Shown one piece after another: positions 12,716-24,267 of a stretch of 32,000 bases of DNA (the first letter of the stretch is position 1; each line of letters opens with the position of its first letter). Source of the stretch: Candidatus Moranella endobia PCIT (GTDB taxonomy: Bacteria > Pseudomonadota > Gammaproteobacteria > Enterobacterales > Enterobacteriaceae). The notes under the pieces are model-generated. The model worked only from the letters and a program-made list of their open reading frames with translations. It had not been told where the DNA came from and searched no databases. The position numbers and the translations under genes are program-made. The stretch is taken from assembly GCF_000219175.1 (NCBI RefSeq), contig NC_015735.1, positions 300,001-332,000 on the forward strand. Reading direction: 5' to 3'.

Positions 12716-15289
12716 CTATTGAACAGCAACGATATGATTATTCAATACTTCTAGTTTAACTGGTTTACCTGGTAACAACTGACCTGACAGAATTTGCTGC
12801 GCTAGCGGGTTTTCTATTTCTTGTTGAATGGCACGTTTCATCGGTCGTGCACCATATACAGGATCAAAACCGGATTTACCTAGCAGCACTAACGCTTCGT
12901 CACTTATATTGGCAGTATAACCACGTTCCTCTAAACGTTGGTACAGACGACGCAACTGAATCTGTGCAATCTCTATAATATGATTACGATTTAAAGGATG
13001 AAAAACAACAACTTCATCCACACGGTTAATAAATTCTGGACGAAAATTATGACTTACCACCTCAAGCACGACATCTTTTATCTCAAGATAGTTAATTTGG
13101 TCGAAACGTTCCTGAATAATTTCCGAACCCAAGTTAGAAGTCATTATTATTACAGTATTACGAAAATCAACTGTGCGACCTTGACCATCTGTTAGACGGC
13201 CGTCATCTAAGACTTGCAATAGAATATTAAATACATCTGAATGTGCTTTTTCGATTTCATCTAATAACATTACTGAATAAGGTCTCCTCCGTACCAACTC
13301 TGTTAAATATCCTCCTTCTTCATAACCAACATAACCGGGAGGGGCACCAACTAGTCGTGATACAGAATGTTTTTCCATAAATTCTGACATATCTATACGA
13401 ACCATAGCATCTTCACTATCGAATAAAAAGGTTGCTAGTGCTTTGCACAATTCGGTTTTACCAACTCCAGTTGGTCCAAGAAACATAAAAGAACCAATTG
13501 GCCGATTAGGGTCAGCTAGGCCAGCACGACTTCGTCGAATAGCATTAGATACAGCTGCAACTGCCTCATGCTGCCCAATAACTATCTTCTGTAAATGCTG
13601 CTCCATGCGTACCAACTTTGCCCGTTCACTCTCAAGCATTCTTGAGACCGGGATTCCCGTCCAGCGCGCCAATACTTCAGCTATCTCAATATCGGTAACT
13701 CTGTTACGCAATAGGCGTAGACCTTTGCTCTCTGCTTGTGATGCAGCCTCTAGCTGTTTTTCTAACTCTGGTAGTTTACCATATTGTAATTCTGACATTC
13801 GCGCTAAATCACCGACACGTCTGGCCTGCTCAATAGAAATTTTTGTCTGTTCAAGTTCTGCTTTCAAATTCTGTGTGCCAGATAAAGAAGCTTTCTCTGC
13901 TTTCCATTCTTCTTCAAGTTCCGAATAGTCACGTTCTTTCTTAGTCAGTTCATTATTAAGCATAGTCAGCCGCTTGACACTGGCATCATCCATTTCTTTT
14001 TTTAGCGCCTGTTGTTCCAATTTCAGTTGAATAATTCGCCGCTCTAGACGGTCTAGTTCTTCCGGTTTAGAGTCTATTTGTATGCGAATACTTGATGCGG
14101 CTTCATCAATCAGGTCAATTGCTTTGTCTGGTAGTTGTCTGTCGGCAATATAACGATGAGATAAATTCGCAGCGGCAACGATGGCGGGATCGGTAATTTG
14201 CACATGGTGATGCAGTTCATAACGTTCTTTCAAACCTCGTAGGATAGCAATCGTAGCTTCTACACCGGGCTCGGCAATAAACACCTTTTGAAAACGCCGT
14301 TCCAGTGCAGCATCCTTTTCTATAAATTTGCGATATTCGTTAAGCGTTGTTGCCCCTACGCAGTGTAGTTCGCCGCGTGCCAGCATAGGTTTAAGCATAT
14401 TACTAGCATCCATTGCACCATCTGCCTTGCCAGCTCCTACCATGGTATGTAACTCGTCAATAAATAATATGATATTACCTTCTTGTTTGGACAAATCGTG
14501 CAATACACTTTTTAGTCGTGCTTCAAACTCACCGCGGTATTTCGCCCCTGCGACTAGCGACCCCATATCCAGCGATAATACTCGGTTATTTTTTAATCCT
14601 TCTGGTACCTCGCCGTTGACTATACGCTGAGCTAGTCCTTCTGCAATAGCAGTTTTTCCAACTCCTGGTTCACCTATCAGAACCGGATTATTTTTAGTAC
14701 GACGTTGAAGTACTTGGATCGTACGTCGAATTTCTTCATCACGGCCAATGACTGGGTCAAGTTTTCCTTGTTCAGCATGTTCAGTAAGGTCAATGGTAAA
14801 ATTTTTTAGTGCTTGACGTTGATTTTCCGCGTCCTGATCTTTGACTGGTTCGCCGCCGCGCATTAGATCAATAGCATTGGTTATATTAGCAACAGTAACA
14901 CCGGCTAACTTCATGATTTCAGCCAAAGTTCCTCGTGATTCTAACGATGCAAGAACAAACAGTTCGGAAGAGATAAAACTGTCTGCACGTTTTTGCGCGA
15001 TTTTATCGCATAGGTTCAGCACGCGCACTAGATCTTGTGAAGGCTGTATATCACCTCCTGTGCCATCCACCTGTGGTAGTCGCTCACAAGCCTGCTCTAC
15101 CGCTCTGATCAATGAAACTATATTGATACCAGCAGATTGCAATAGAGGACGTACAGTGCCGCTTTCCTGTTTCAATAGGCATGCCATTACGTGCAATGGT
15201 TCGATGAATTGGTTGTCATGCCCGATGGCCATGGACTGGGCATCGGCGAGGGCCATTTGAAATTTATTAGTAAAACGATCCAGACGCAT
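12716..15289 (-). CDS. clpB: ATP-dependent disaggregase ClpB; probable start at 15289
   Basis: [26 protein letters not shown]..., [18 protein letters not shown] and [15 protein letters not shown] Walker A motifs, coiled-coil M domain, near full length versus E. coli. Confidence 0.98.
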   Translation of the reverse strand: MRLDRFTNKFQMALADAQSMAIGHDNQFIEPLHVMACLLKQESGTVRPLLQSAGINIVSLIRAVEQACERLPQVDGTGGDIQPSQDLVRVLNLCDKIAQKRADSFISSELFVLASLESRGTLAEIMKLAGVTVANITNAIDLMRGGEPVKDQDAENQRQALKNFTIDLTEHAEQGKLDPVIGRDEEIRRTIQVLQRRTKNNPVLIGEPGVGKTAIAEGLAQRIVNGEVPEGLKNNRVLSLDMGSLVAGAKYRGEFEARLKSVLHDLSKQEGNIILFIDELHTMVGAGKADGAMDASNMLKPMLARGELHCVGATTLNEYRKFIEKDAALERRFQKVFIAEPGVEATIAILRGLKERYELHHHVQITDPAIVAAANLSHRYIADRQLPDKAIDLIDEAASSIRIQIDSKPEELDRLERRIIQLKLEQQALKKEMDDASVKRLTMLNNELTKKERDYSELEEEWKAEKASLSGTQNLKAELEQTKISIEQARRVGDLARMSELQYGKLPELEKQLEAASQAESKGLRLLRNRVTDIEIAEVLARWTGIPVSRMLESERAKLVRMEQHLQKIVIGQHEAVAAVSNAIRRSRAGLADPNRPIGSFMFLGPTGVGKTELCKALATFLFDSEDAMVRIDMSEFMEKHSVSRLVGAPPGYVGYEEGGYLTELVRRRPYSVMLLDEIEKAHSDVFNILLQVLDDGRLTDGQGRTVDFRNTVIIMTSNLGSEIIQERFDQINYLEIKDVVLEVVSHNFRPEFINRVDEVVVFHPLNRNHIIEIAQIQLRRLYQRLEERGYTANISDEALVLLGKSGFDPVYGARPMKRAIQQEIENPLAQQILSGQLLPGKPVKLEVLNNHIVAVQ

Positions 15290-15441
15290 AATTTCTCCCA
15301 TTTTGGTAACTAATATTACTATAAGCGTAAATTATTGTTCTTGATCGTTCAGTTTAATAACTGATGTCAGCAAAATTAAATCTACCATTTGATGATACCT
15401 GCTAGTTTAAGTTAAACCAATTACTTACTTAATCAATCAGT

Positions 15442-16422
15442 TTACAAACAATAACGACTTTCTTTTAACTGTTTGGTGTCTTCTTTTAACGCTGCTATCA
15501 AAGTCACCATATCCTGTGGCATTGGAGCATACCATTCCATTGGAATGGAGGTAATAGGATGGTAAAGCCGTAGAAAAGTGGAATGGAGCGCCTGACGATC
15601 AAAACGACACAATACATCATTAAGTGCTTTGGAAGCATATTTTGATAATCGCGGCCGCTTACCGTACAAGGGATCACCCACGATTGGATGATTGAGATGC
15701 GCCATATGCACGCGAATCTGATGGGTGCGGCCAGTCTCTAAACACAATATTAAGCGGGTATGGGCGCGAAATTGCTCCATAATACGGTAATGGGTCACCG
15801 CTGGCTTACCCAGCGAGTGTGTCACCATTTGTTTGCGCTTGATTGTGTGACGAGCGATTGGCTGCTCAACAGTGCCATTGGCGGTCATAGTGCCAATAAC
15901 AATCGCTTCGTATTTACGGGTAATTTCATGCGCCTGTAGCGACTCTATCAGGCGAGTTTGTGCTGTTACGTTTTTGGCTACCACTATCAAACCAGTGGTA
16001 TCTTTGTCAAGACGATGGACTATACCAGCACGAGGTACAGCTATGATAGAAGGTATATAGTACAGTAGCGCGTTTAACATGGTGCCATCAGTATTTCCAG
16101 CGCCAGGGTGTACCACCTGATTACGCGGCTTATTAATTATAAGTAGAGCTTCATCTTCATAAACGATATTTAACGGGATAGCTTGCGCTTCCCAGCATGG
16201 TTCTTCGTCGATCAATGCTTGTATCTTAATACACTCACCACCAAGCATTTTTGTTTTAGGTATCACCTTAACTAGTTCGTTTACCCACACCAAACCTGCA
16301 AGTATCCAGGTTTTTATCTGTGATCGGGAATAATCAGGAAACATTTTAGCCAAAGTATAATCCAGACGTTGCCCGCATTGTGATTCCTTAACTGTACCTG
16401 TAAGAATTTTAGCATGTTTCAT
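15442..16422 (-). CDS. rluD: 23S rRNA pseudouridine synthase RluD
   Basis: S4-like N-terminus, catalytic GIVHRLDKDTTGLIVVAKN, GRTHQIRVHMAHLNHPIVGDPLYG; sits beside clpB as in E. coli, with yfiH missing. Confidence 0.93.
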   Translation of the reverse strand: MKHAKILTGTVKESQCGQRLDYTLAKMFPDYSRSQIKTWILAGLVWVNELVKVIPKTKMLGGECIKIQALIDEEPCWEAQAIPLNIVYEDEALLIINKPRNQVVHPGAGNTDGTMLNALLYYIPSIIAVPRAGIVHRLDKDTTGLIVVAKNVTAQTRLIESLQAHEITRKYEAIVIGTMTANGTVEQPIARHTIKRKQMVTHSLGKPAVTHYRIMEQFRAHTRLILCLETGRTHQIRVHMAHLNHPIVGDPLYGKRPRLSKYASKALNDVLCRFDRQALHSTFLRLYHPITSIPMEWYAPMPQDMVTLIAALKEDTKQLKESRYCL

Positions 16423-16479
16423 GGCATAATGTATCTTAGTTAACTATGTCGCGTGTGCTGAAGAGTTCATGGTTAATCA

Positions 16480-17838
16480 TCACTGACCAGCGATCTTCAT
16501 CGCCGATAACAGGACCGAGCCGCATTGAATATTATTGCGTGTTTCAGTATCTTGACCTACACTAACAATATTGCGTAGCATATCACGCAGGTTACCGGCA
16601 ATGGTGATCCCGCTAACAGCATATTGTATTTCGCCGTTTTGCACCCAGAAACCAGCGGCGCCTCGTGAATAGTCGCCTGTAATGATATTGATTCCTTGCC
16701 CCATTAGTTCTGTTACCATCAACCCACGATCCATCTGTTTCAGTAATCCGGTTAAATCAGTCTGCTGTTGGGAAATGCACCAATTGTATATACCACCGGC
16801 ATGGCCGGTGCTTTTTAGACCCAATTTGCGCGCTGCATAACTATTTAGCAGCCAAGTACTAAGCAATCCATCCTGGACTATCACCATATTACGAGTCCTA
16901 ACACCTTCACTGTCAAACGGAGCAGAAGCCAGGCCTTTTTGCAGGTGGGGATATTCGTTTATGGATAACCACTCTGGCAGAACAGCCTGTCCTAGTAAAT
17001 CTAGTAAAAAAGTTGACTTACGATATATATTTTCGCCGCTGATAGCCTCTACCAGAGGACCAAAAAGACCATTGGTCACTTCAGCAGCAAACAATACTGG
17101 CACCTCCATGGTAAGCAGCTTGCGCGGATATAGGTGCGTAACAGTACGGCGCGCGCATTCCTCACCTACCCATTGCGGTAATCGTAAATCTTTGAAGTCG
17201 CGGCCGATGGTATAGGCGTAATTACGTTCCATCTTGCTGCCACTTCCAGCTATAACGCTACATGAAAGAGAGTGGAGGCTGCTGCTGTAACTTTGTAGCA
17301 TCCCATGGCTATTACCGAAAATGTGGGTACTAAAATGGCTATTAAAGTTGCCCCCTGCGGTTTGAGTAATGCGTTTATCGCTATCTAGGGCTGTCTGTTC
17401 TGCTTCGGCAGCCAGGGCAATTCCACGTTCAGCGTCTAGCTCAACTGGGTGGAATAAATCTAAATCAGGCGCTTCAAATGCTAACAGTTGTTTATCTGCT
17501 AACCCTGCTGCTGGATCTGGAGAGGTATAACGTACAATATTTACCGCAGCATCGACGGTGTTGGCAATGGCTTCCTGACTTAGATTGGTAGATGAAGCAC
17601 TGCCTTTGCGTTGCTGATAATAAACATTTATACTCAGGACACTATCGCTGTTAAATTCAACATTCTCAACCTCACCATAGCGGGTGCTAATGCTGATTCC
17701 AGTGGTTTTGGTCACTGCCACTTCAGCGTCAGTTGACCTAGAACGAGCCATATCTAACGCCTGCGCGACCACGTGTTCTAAACGTTTGCGTTGTTGGGTC
17801 ACCTGATTAACTACATGCATAGTATTGTGATTATTCAT
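16480..17838 (-). CDS. pmbA: Metalloprotease PmbA/TldE
   Basis: [28 protein letters not shown]..., [61 protein letters not shown]. Confidence 0.95.
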   Translation of the reverse strand: MNNHNTMHVVNQVTQQRKRLEHVVAQALDMARSRSTDAEVAVTKTTGISISTRYGEVENVEFNSDSVLSINVYYQQRKGSASSTNLSQEAIANTVDAAVNIVRYTSPDPAAGLADKQLLAFEAPDLDLFHPVELDAERGIALAAEAEQTALDSDKRITQTAGGNFNSHFSTHIFGNSHGMLQSYSSSLHSLSCSVIAGSGSKMERNYAYTIGRDFKDLRLPQWVGEECARRTVTHLYPRKLLTMEVPVLFAAEVTNGLFGPLVEAISGENIYRKSTFLLDLLGQAVLPEWLSINEYPHLQKGLASAPFDSEGVRTRNMVIVQDGLLSTWLLNSYAARKLGLKSTGHAGGIYNWCISQQQTDLTGLLKQMDRGLMVTELMGQGINIITGDYSRGAAGFWVQNGEIQYAVSGITIAGNLRDMLRNIVSVGQDTETRNNIQCGSVLLSAMKIAGQ

Positions 17839-17940
17839 AGAGCCTGATCTGCTAATAATATAATATAGCTGAATGTCAGTTGCACATTTAATAACAGCAA
17901 ATGTGCAACTAATTTTAACATCATATCTTAGGTTGAACCA

Positions 17941-17993
17941 AATACGAGTAGTAAATTACTCGGTATTATTCAGTACAGATTTTCAATCTGTAC
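17941..17993. repeat. Two adjacent inverted repeats between divergent pmbA and rdgC
   Basis: AATACGAGTA-GTAAAT-TACTCGGTATT (10 bp with one bulge, 17941-17967) and GTACAGATT-TTC-AATCTGTAC (9 bp perfect, 17973-17993). Confidence 0.7.
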
Positions 17994-18328
17994 AATCATG
18001 AAATTAAAAATTAACTTTAGGGTTACCGTTATTTGTTAGCTGGCATAGTCTCATTTTTTACATATAATTACGGTACGCTACTGCTCAGTTGTAAAATTTC
18101 AATATACCATTATAAAATGGTAAATATATTCTATAAAAGTAACCACCAATGGTAATTTAATTTGTTTTATAATGTACTATGATCACTTAGTACTTAGTAC
18201 TATGATGATTAGTTTGAATAGTTAGTTAGAAGAAGAGCCAACACGTTGTTAGTATGCGTGTTTTAAAAGTAAATAGCTAGCCTAGCAAATAGCACCAATG
18301 TTAATTAGTCCAGTTAGGAATCTATCTT

Positions 18329-19234
18329 ATGTTGTGGTTTAAGAATGCCATGATTTATCGGTTAAAGATGCCGCTTCAGCTATCGAGCGCTCAACTAGAA
18401 CAACAGTTGTCCGCCTTCGCTTTCACTCCATGTGGTAGTCAAGATATGGTCCACTTTGGGTGGGTTCCTCCTATGGGTACCAAAAGCGATACTTTAGTAA
18501 AAGCAATACCGGGACATTTACTGCTTTGTCTAAGTAAAGAAGAAAAAATTCTTCCGTCCTCAGTGATTAAGCATGAACTGCAGGATAAGATTACTAAATT
18601 AGAACATGAAAAAAGACGAAAACTGCGAAAAATAGAAAAAGATGTACTAAGAGACGAGGTGTTGCACACCTTAGTGCCTCGTGCTTTCAGTCGTTTTAGT
18701 AAGACATTACTATGGCTAGATCTGGTAACCAATCTAGTGCTAATTGACGCTATGAGTACAAAAAAAGCAGAAGAGTGTTTAGCACTGCTGCGTAAATCTA
18801 TCGGTTCGTTACCAGTGGTGCCTCTGACCATGGAAAGACCAATTGAAATAATCCTTACTGATTGGGTCAGCAGAGGAGATCCTACCGCAGGCTTCTTTAT
18901 TCAAGATGAAGCGGAACTGAAAGCTATTCTAGAAGAAGGTGGTATTGTTCGTTGTAAAAAGCAGGATTTATCTAGTGAAGAAATAGCTGGCCATATAAAG
19001 GCTGGCAAACTAGTGACAAAACTGGCGCTGGATTGGCGGGATCGAATACAGTTTGTTCTTAGTGGTGATGGTATGGTGAAACGTTTGAAATTTTCTAATA
19101 AGCTGCGCGCGCAGAATGCTGATCTTGATTGCGATGGGGTTGCTGCCCGTTTCACTGCAGATTTTATTTTAATGACGAGTGAATTAGCCGCCTTAATCAC
19201 TGAGCTAATTGCAGCTATTGGTGGTGAGGTATAG
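18329..19234 (+). CDS. rdgC: Recombination-associated protein RdgC
   Basis: [12 protein letters not shown]..., [76 protein letters not shown]. Confidence 0.95.
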   Translation: MLWFKNAMIYRLKMPLQLSSAQLEQQLSAFAFTPCGSQDMVHFGWVPPMGTKSDTLVKAIPGHLLLCLSKEEKILPSSVIKHELQDKITKLEHEKRRKLRKIEKDVLRDEVLHTLVPRAFSRFSKTLLWLDLVTNLVLIDAMSTKKAEECLALLRKSIGSLPVVPLTMERPIEIILTDWVSRGDPTAGFFIQDEAELKAILEEGGIVRCKKQDLSSEEIAGHIKAGKLVTKLALDWRDRIQFVLSGDGMVKRLKFSNKLRAQNADLDCDGVAARFTADFILMTSELAALITELIAAIGGEV

Positions 19235-19434
19235 GTAGCATTAACTGTGCCTTTAGGCAAAAATTTTGCTGCGACGGAATAGGTAGACCAAATACAACGG
19301 TATAAATATTTGCTAGTAATTAGCATTAGCTACTATCGCAAGTACTTCAAGCACTTAACATAACAAAACTAGCTAATTAATACTGTAACAGCGTAAGCGT
19401 TGTGTCCTTTTTTTTACATAAAGGATATGCAATA

Positions 19435-19866
19435 ATGACAAGACGCAACTGGCTATTACAACAATTGGGAATTAAAAAATGGAAGCTTCGGTGTCCTGCT
19501 GCTGTATTACCGGGGGCAATAGCTTTTACTACTACATTACCGGACCATATTCGTTTATTACTGGTAGCCTACTCGCTACCGCCAGTTGATCATCAACTTG
19601 TAGTAGACGTCGCGCGTAGCATGGCGATAACCCCGGCGCAGATATACAGAGTAACGCCTAAGCAGGTGATGCTACTGCAACAGAATAGCGTCCGCTGCTA
19701 TTGCTGGTGGCTTGGTCTAGACGTCCTACGGAATTTTGCTGGCATTTCTTTTAATACGCCACCTCTTGCGGTACTGTCATCAAATGTTGGCGCTAAGTGT
19801 GAGCTATGGCACCGAATAAGTACCATCATATTACATACCGCTGCTATTAGTTGTAGGCTTGATTGA
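19435..19866 (+). CDS. holD: DNA polymerase III psi subunit; ATG at 19435 preferred over the track start at 19402
   Basis: MTRRNWLLQQLGIKKWKLRCPAAV..., IRLLLVAYSLPPVDHQLVVDVARSMAITPAQIYRVTPKQVMLLQQNSVRCYCWWLG; same N-terminal layout as E. coli HolD but divergent. Confidence 0.8.
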   Translation: MTRRNWLLQQLGIKKWKLRCPAAVLPGAIAFTTTLPDHIRLLLVAYSLPPVDHQLVVDVARSMAITPAQIYRVTPKQVMLLQQNSVRCYCWWLGLDVLRNFAGISFNTPPLAVLSSNVGAKCELWHRISTIILHTAAISCRLD

Positions 19867-20117
19867 TATTTAACCAATATTACCCTGACCAGACATTATA
19901 CAATCTACCTGTATTGTACCTAATTCCTAATAGCGCCGATGGATAAAATTTAATGCTTTAGCCAGTATTGTTAGGTCCGCTCGGGAATAATGATGTATAA
20001 AAAAATGATGCATAAAATATGCGGCATATCCTCAGTTATTTTTTTTTGATACTTTTACCTGCTGCGGTACGATGCAAATAGATAGCTAATTAAATAGAGA
20101 GCACGGGGCATGCTACA

Positions 20118-21113
20118 CTACTTTGTTCTGATGCCGTACGGCAGTGGCCATGCAGCCAAAGCGCCAGTATAGTCATTGCAAACACGCAATATACTGTCAG
20201 CCACGAGATCATTGTTCAAAATAGCTTGTATCCATACACTGCTGTTCTCCAGCCTGCATGCTGCGAGCACCGTACCAGTACGCCGCCAATTGTTGCCCAC
20301 TTTTAGTTCCAAATAGTCGCCGGCATTGGGTAGTTGGCAGGCGTTGCCCACCAGCCAGTACAGTGCACGCTTATTCACACCTAGATATTGGGCTCGCGCT
20401 ACCATTTCCTGACCGATATAGCAGCCTTTATGAAAACTAATGCCGTCCAGGGCCTGGATATTAGCTGCCTGCGGAATAAACTTTGCGCTATTGGCGCTGT
20501 CGATAATTGGATAGCCTGCCTCAATATCCAGCGCAAGCCATTGAAGACTATTATTAAGCTTTGCTTTACCTTCAAGCTGCTTGATCAAATTTTCGCGCAC
20601 TGCCGGCGTTGTTACCAGTAAAAAGCGTGGCTTGGGTAGATTTAAATAAAGTATAGTAGTGTCAGGATAATGTTTTACTGGCTCACACACATCGGGGATG
20701 TTAGTAAATAGGCTGCCAAGTGCAGCAGGTGCTTGAAAACCAGCTATGCCCAGTAATACCGCCTTATTATCTACGTAGATTGTGGTGTTGTCAAAAATGG
20801 CATACTTTTTTAGTGCCGTACTCTGGCTATCACATATGCTGCGCCTTTCTATAAAGGCTATGCCTTCAATATGATGAAATACACACATATTGCTTAACAT
20901 TTTACCTGCGGCATTGCAATGAGCAGCAAAGCTAAAACGATTAATCTCCAACGATAAGACATCGCAAGTTAACTGACACTGTAGGAATTTTAAACTATCA
21001 GCACCATGAAGCATAATCAACGACCAATCATCCAGAGACATAAGCGTCAATGGCAAATAATGGGATGGCAATGGACAACGTTGAGGAAAAATAACTTGAG
21101 CTTGAGATAACAA
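20118..21113 (-). CDS. ygfZ: tRNA-modifying / Fe-S-associated folate-binding protein YgfZ
   Basis: LPLTLMSLDDWSL...GADSLKFLQCQLTCDV..., signature DGISFHKGCYIGQEMVARAQYLGVNKRALYWL. Confidence 0.92.
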   Translation of the reverse strand: MLSQAQVIFPQRCPLPSHYLPLTLMSLDDWSLIMLHGADSLKFLQCQLTCDVLSLEINRFSFAAHCNAAGKMLSNMCVFHHIEGIAFIERRSICDSQSTALKKYAIFDNTTIYVDNKAVLLGIAGFQAPAALGSLFTNIPDVCEPVKHYPDTTILYLNLPKPRFLLVTTPAVRENLIKQLEGKAKLNNSLQWLALDIEAGYPIIDSANSAKFIPQAANIQALDGISFHKGCYIGQEMVARAQYLGVNKRALYWLVGNACQLPNAGDYLELKVGNNWRRTGTVLAACRLENSSVWIQAILNNDLVADSILRVCNDYTGALAAWPLPYGIRTK

Positions 21114-21224
21114 TAAACATTCCTGTAGGTAAGTAGTATTAGATAAGTAGAGGAGTAGTATTAGAATTATAGTAAATAAATACCGGTAGTTTGCCAGCTG
21201 ATAGGACTGACAATAAAGTTTAAC

Positions 21225-21240
21225 ATCTATATATATAGAT
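21225..21240. repeat. 16-nt perfect AT-rich palindrome
   Basis: ATCTATATATATAGAT between ygfZ and lgt. Confidence 0.8.
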
Positions 21241-21272
21241 ATTTATTAGATATATATCATCTAGCGCTGCTC

Positions 21273-22115
21273 CTAATAACGGTAAGCCCAGACTATCATA
21301 ATTACGCCAGTTATAATCATTGGTAGCGACAAAATCTGCCCTATGCTGATAATGCCTCTAAACAGGCCTAATTGGGTATCTGGCTGGCGAACAAACTCTA
21401 CCAAAAGACGAAAAACGCCGTAGTAAATAAGAAAAAAACCAGAGACGCTGCCGATAGGCCGTTGCTTGCTGCGGATAAACAAATTTAGCATAATAAATAG
21501 CACTATTCCTTCAAGGAGCATTTCGTAGATCTGTGATGGATGGCGAGGGAGCACTCCATATCGCTCGAATAACTCTTGCAATTGCGGATTAGCAGGCAGC
21601 AGCGCTAAATCTTCCTCCCGTGAACCAGGAAAAAGCATCGCCCAGGGTGTATCAGTTGTGACCCGTCCCCATAACTCGCCATTGATAAAATTACCTAAAC
21701 GGCCAGCACCTAAACCAAATGGTACTATAGGAGCGATAAAATCTGTCACCAGGGTGAAATGACGTCGGGTGCGATGAGCAAACCATAGCATAACAACTAT
21801 AACCCCTATCAAACCACCGTGAAATGACATGCCGCCGTCCCATACCATCAATAGATAAATTGGATTCGCTAAAAATAGCGGTAGGTGGTAAAATACCATA
21901 TAACCGATACGGCCGCCGAGAAACAAACCAATAAAACCTGCATACAGAAGAGTTTCAACTTCTGCTTTACGCCATCCATTCGCGCGCCGTCCCGCCAACC
22001 ATATGGTAAAAAAGAAGCCCAATAGATACATCAAACCATACCAGTGCAGGGAAAACAGGCCAATAGAAAAAATAATGGGGTCTAACTGAGGAAAGGTAAG
22101 ATAAGAGGTCTGCAT
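21273..22115 (-). CDS. lgt: Prolipoprotein diacylglyceryl transferase; likely start at 22115
   Basis: [27 protein letters not shown]..., [43 protein letters not shown]. Confidence 0.95.
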   Translation of the reverse strand: MQTSYLTFPQLDPIIFSIGLFSLHWYGLMYLLGFFFTIWLAGRRANGWRKAEVETLLYAGFIGLFLGGRIGYMVFYHLPLFLANPIYLLMVWDGGMSFHGGLIGVIVVMLWFAHRTRRHFTLVTDFIAPIVPFGLGAGRLGNFINGELWGRVTTDTPWAMLFPGSREEDLALLPANPQLQELFERYGVLPRHPSQIYEMLLEGIVLFIMLNLFIRSKQRPIGSVSGFFLIYYGVFRLLVEFVRQPDTQLGLFRGIISIGQILSLPMIITGVIMIVWAYRY

Positions 22116-22375
22116 CCTAAACCACAAAGTTTTCTTGTTATTATCATTATGCAGGGCGGCCGTTTGGTACAGATATTATAGGCATAATTGTCTACTGAAC
22201 TACGTATGCTGCTGTGTTTTGCTGTAAATAAGTTAGGTGCGCCAAGCTACAGAATGTTATGCGCAGCTTGCGATGCCTAATCCTGCCGCAACACACCAAT
22301 TGTGCAGCAGAGCTAGTTACTTCGGTGTTAAATATTGCACGTTTAAGAATAACCATATACGGTTAGTGAAGTTAA

Positions 22376-22912
22376 TTAAAGATGGCAAGTATTAGCTACA
22401 GCTACAACATAACGTTTTTTTCCAGCAGCCTTTTCCCGCAATGGCATCAAAACTCCATAAAATTCCTTCATTACCCGAAGGTAAACATTCCGTTTGAAGG
22501 AAACAACCCGACGCACTGGGTACCAGAAGCTTACCCAGCGCCAACAGTCAAATTCAGTTAGCCCCCCCTGCTGTATATTAATCTCCACATCAGGACAAAT
22601 AAGCTGTAGCAGAAACCATTTTTGCTTCTGACCAAGACATACTGGTTTAGTATCCCAGCGGATCAGCGGTTTTGGAAGTTGATAACGTAACCAGTTACGC
22701 GTTGACGCTAGGATACAAACATCTTTGTGTCTCAGACCTACCTCTTCGAACAGCTCGCGGTACATCGCCTGTTCAGCAGTCTCGCCAAAGTTAATGCCAC
22801 CCTGGGGAAACTGCCAGGAATGCTGTCCTGATCGTCTAGCCCACAGCACATGCCCGTAGTGGTTACAGATTATTATACCAACATTATGACGGTAGCCATG
22901 ATCATCAATCAT
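22376..22912 (-). CDS. rppH: RNA pyrophosphohydrolase RppH (Nudix)
   Basis: [17 protein letters not shown]..., Nudix box [50 protein letters not shown]. Confidence 0.95.
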   Translation of the reverse strand: MIDDHGYRHNVGIIICNHYGHVLWARRSGQHSWQFPQGGINFGETAEQAMYRELFEEVGLRHKDVCILASTRNWLRYQLPKPLIRWDTKPVCLGQKQKWFLLQLICPDVEINIQQGGLTEFDCWRWVSFWYPVRRVVSFKRNVYLRVMKEFYGVLMPLREKAAGKKRYVVAVANTCHL

Positions 22913-23007
22913 CTGACTACCTCGATTACATAAAATACAATATATAATATTAATTGGTTCATACTAGCAATGCCTGCATGCAACTAGCTACAGTTATTTA
23001 TATCCAC

Positions 23008-23039
23008 CAATAACACTATTGCACACAATAGTGTTATTG
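23008..23039. repeat. Perfect 14-bp-arm hairpin between fis and rppH
   Basis: CAATAACACTATTG CACA CAATAGTGTTATTG. Confidence 0.8.
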
Positions 23040-23165
23040 TTATCCTAACAAAAATTAGGCCAAACTTGCGTTATTTAGTAAAAGCAAAAAACACAGGAAA
23101 AAAAGCGCACAGCGTTAAAGCGTTAGTAAAACTAATATTACGACAGCGCGATGTTGATGAAGTTG

Positions 23166-23462
23166 TTAATTCATACCATATTTTTTTAATTTTTTACGCA
23201 AAGTACCGCGATTAATGCCCATTATCTGGGCAGCGCGGGTCTGATTCCCACGGGTATATTGCATCACCATGTCCAACAAAGGCTGTTCTACTTCATTTAA
23301 TACCAGATTATAGAGGTTGTTAAAGTCCTGACCTCTCAGTTGCGCAAAATAGTTTTTCAGTGCTTGCTTTACTGAATCACGCAGGGGTTTTTGCGTTACT
23401 TGATCATGAGAGTTAACAATGGAAACGGTCAATAAATCAGAATTTACGCGTGTTTCGAACAT
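23166..23462 (-). CDS. fis: DNA-binding protein Fis
   Basis: 98 aa nearly identical to E. coli Fis: [98 protein letters not shown]. Confidence 0.98.
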   Translation of the reverse strand: MFETRVNSDLLTVSIVNSHDQVTQKPLRDSVKQALKNYFAQLRGQDFNNLYNLVLNEVEQPLLDMVMQYTRGNQTRAAQIMGINRGTLRKKLKKYGMN

Positions 23463-23826
23463 AGTGCTATCTGCTCTTGTTTATTTTCTATTACGCAAAA
23501 TTTTAAAATATGCCTCCAACGCCTTTAGCTATGCGCTAGTATCAACGTTGAAGATGCGCCTCAAACTGATTTTTGCTGGCATACACCTGTAAAAACATCA
23601 TGATCCCTTGTTGGCAGTAACTATAACTATAAAAGTAATGCAATTTACTGTTACCTCAACAAGGTAATGATTTATCACCAACAGCTCAAAATTTTCTCTC
23701 TGTATAGTTCACTGGAATCAAAAATACATACTGCCACTGCCAGAATTAATAAATTCGTTGTTGATCTGTTGCCCAGCAATTTAGTTTTAGTCTAGTCAGC
23801 TGGAGTTACAATACACATAAAAGAAG

Positions 23827-23871
23827 AAAAACCATACTATAGCGTACGTACGTGTATATTACGTGGTTTTT
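23827..23871. terminator. Weak bidirectional terminator-like structure
   Basis: AAAAACCA (23827-23834) / TGGTTTTT (23864-23871) followed by TTTTA, with a CGTACGTACG core between the arms. Confidence 0.3.
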
Positions 23872-24267
23872 TTTAGATGCTTTACTTAGATGCCAGTCCA
23901 CGTGGTGAACAATAGTTTCATTCAGTTAGTACTACTAATAATATATAAACATACAATGTCTTATAACATGATTATTTATGGACTAAAATAGCATACTTAG
24001 TGTAAATATAGTTTATAAAAAAAATCACAAATAATTTGACCTCTTAATACTGAAAATATAGCGTATATTATGAAAAATGTAGCTATTGCCGCAGCTTGAT
24101 TTTGCAGTATAGATTGGCATGATATTAGTTTACTGGTTAGGATTGAGTGTTAGTTAGTCCGATGGGCAGGCCCAGTAAGACTGTAGATGTAGATAGTGTA
24201 GATAGGAACAGTTTGTCGATATATTTATCACCTCATCTCATTGCGATTCAAGTGGTAAAGATAGTTA

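Noticed and set aside
12998-15260. Plus-strand ORFs opposite clpB (12998..13195, 13443..13928, 14328..14630, 14841..15260)
   Set aside because: Complement of a strongly conserved full-length clpB.
15872-17215. Plus-strand ORFs 15872..16060 and 16961..17215
   Set aside because: Antisense to rluD and pmbA.
18439-19326. Minus-strand ORFs 18439..18831 and 18901..19326
   Set aside because: Antisense to rdgC with low-complexity Ser/Arg-rich translations.
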